This document shows, in pieces, positions 31,762 to 32,000 of a DNA stretch of 32,000 bases. The first letter of the stretch is position 1. Each line of letters begins with the position of its first letter. The position numbers were made by a program, and so were the translations under genes. Origin of the DNA: Burkholderia sp. 4M9327F10 (GTDB lineage Bacteria; Pseudomonadota; Gammaproteobacteria; Burkholderiales; Burkholderiaceae); assembly GCF_005503145.1 (NCBI RefSeq), contig NZ_SCNV01000033.1, positions 1 through 32,000 of the forward strand. Direction: 5' to 3'. The notes under the pieces were generated by a model. It saw only the letters and a program-made list of their open reading frames with translations, was not told the origin of the DNA and did not search any database.

Positions 31762-32000
31762 ACGGCGAGCGGGACGACAGCATTCGCAACGTGGAGATGA
31801 TGCGCGGCATCGCAGCGATGGTGGTCGCATATTTTCACTGCCGCGTGATTGCGTGGGTGGGAATCCGGCATTACTCGGATATGCCGCACGTCGCGCTGTC
31901 GCTCGATTCCGTGCTGGCCTATCTGACGATTCCAATGGTGTGGGGGGCGATCGGCGTGCCGGTCTTCTTCGTGATCAGCGGCTATTGCATCCACCGTGGC
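31758..32000 (+). CDS. Acyltransferase family 3 (membrane O-acyltransferase), N-terminal fragment running off the window
   Basis: Not in the ORF track because it has no stop. The ATG at 31758 overlaps the methyltransferase TGA as ATGA. My translation: MNGERDDSIRNVEMMRGIAAMVVAYFHCRVIAWVG...GAIGVPVFFVISGYCIHRG. It has the typical AT3 signatures R-G-I-A-A..V...H and VxxFFxxSG. Confidence 0.8.
   Translation, partial: MNGERDDSIRNVEMMRGIAAMVVAYFHCRVIAWVGIRHYSDMPHVALSLDSVLAYLTIPMVWGAIGVPVFFVISGYCIHRG

Noticed and set aside
1-32000. Search for mobile elements, integrases, tRNA/rRNA genes, CRISPR arrays, toxin-antitoxin pairs or phage-defence-type genes.
   Set aside because: No transposase, integrase or nuclease-like ORF, no terminal inverted repeats, no regularly spaced repeat array and no cloverleaf-like RNA region was recognised. 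Every substantial ORF is explained by glycan biosynthesis or the carrier-protein cassette.

Overview
GC-rich window. Codon usage and protein similarities look Burkholderia/Paraburkholderia-like, but that is an inference and was not verified. Almost the whole window is one large Wzx/Wzy-dependent exopolysaccharide or capsule locus with no mobile elements, tRNAs, rRNAs or CRISPR arrays. I read about six transcription units. (1) + strand, 1-3022: the end of a GT4 glycosyltransferase plus two polytopic GT-C-like membrane proteins. (2) - strand, 9917->3049: Crp/Fnr regulator, priming polyprenyl-phosphate sugar-phosphotransferase, GT2, Wza, Wzc. (3) - strand, 16763->10523: carrier protein, acyl-CoA-dehydrogenase-like flavoprotein, a tRNA-independent seryl-tRNA-synthetase-like amino acid:carrier-protein ligase, DUF1839, GH2 hydrolase. 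(4) + strand, 17021->25004: ElaA-like GNAT, Wzy, three GT4, one GT2, one GT9. (5) - strand, 28749->25128: OafA-like acyltransferase-SGNH and Wzx. (6) + strand, 29048->beyond 32000: a fused double alpha/beta-hydrolase, a SAM methyltransferase and a second acyltransferase-3. Many junctions are ATGA or TGATG stop/start overlaps, which suggests translational coupling. The most interesting content is unit 3. It is a translationally coupled carrier-protein aminoacylation cassette sitting inside a polysaccharide locus. Nearby lies a Cys-nucleophile alpha/beta-hydrolase fusion. Together they suggest an undescribed carrier-protein-dependent route for decorating a polysaccharide with an amino-acid-derived group. 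All functional calls rest on motif recognition by eye; no database search was possible.
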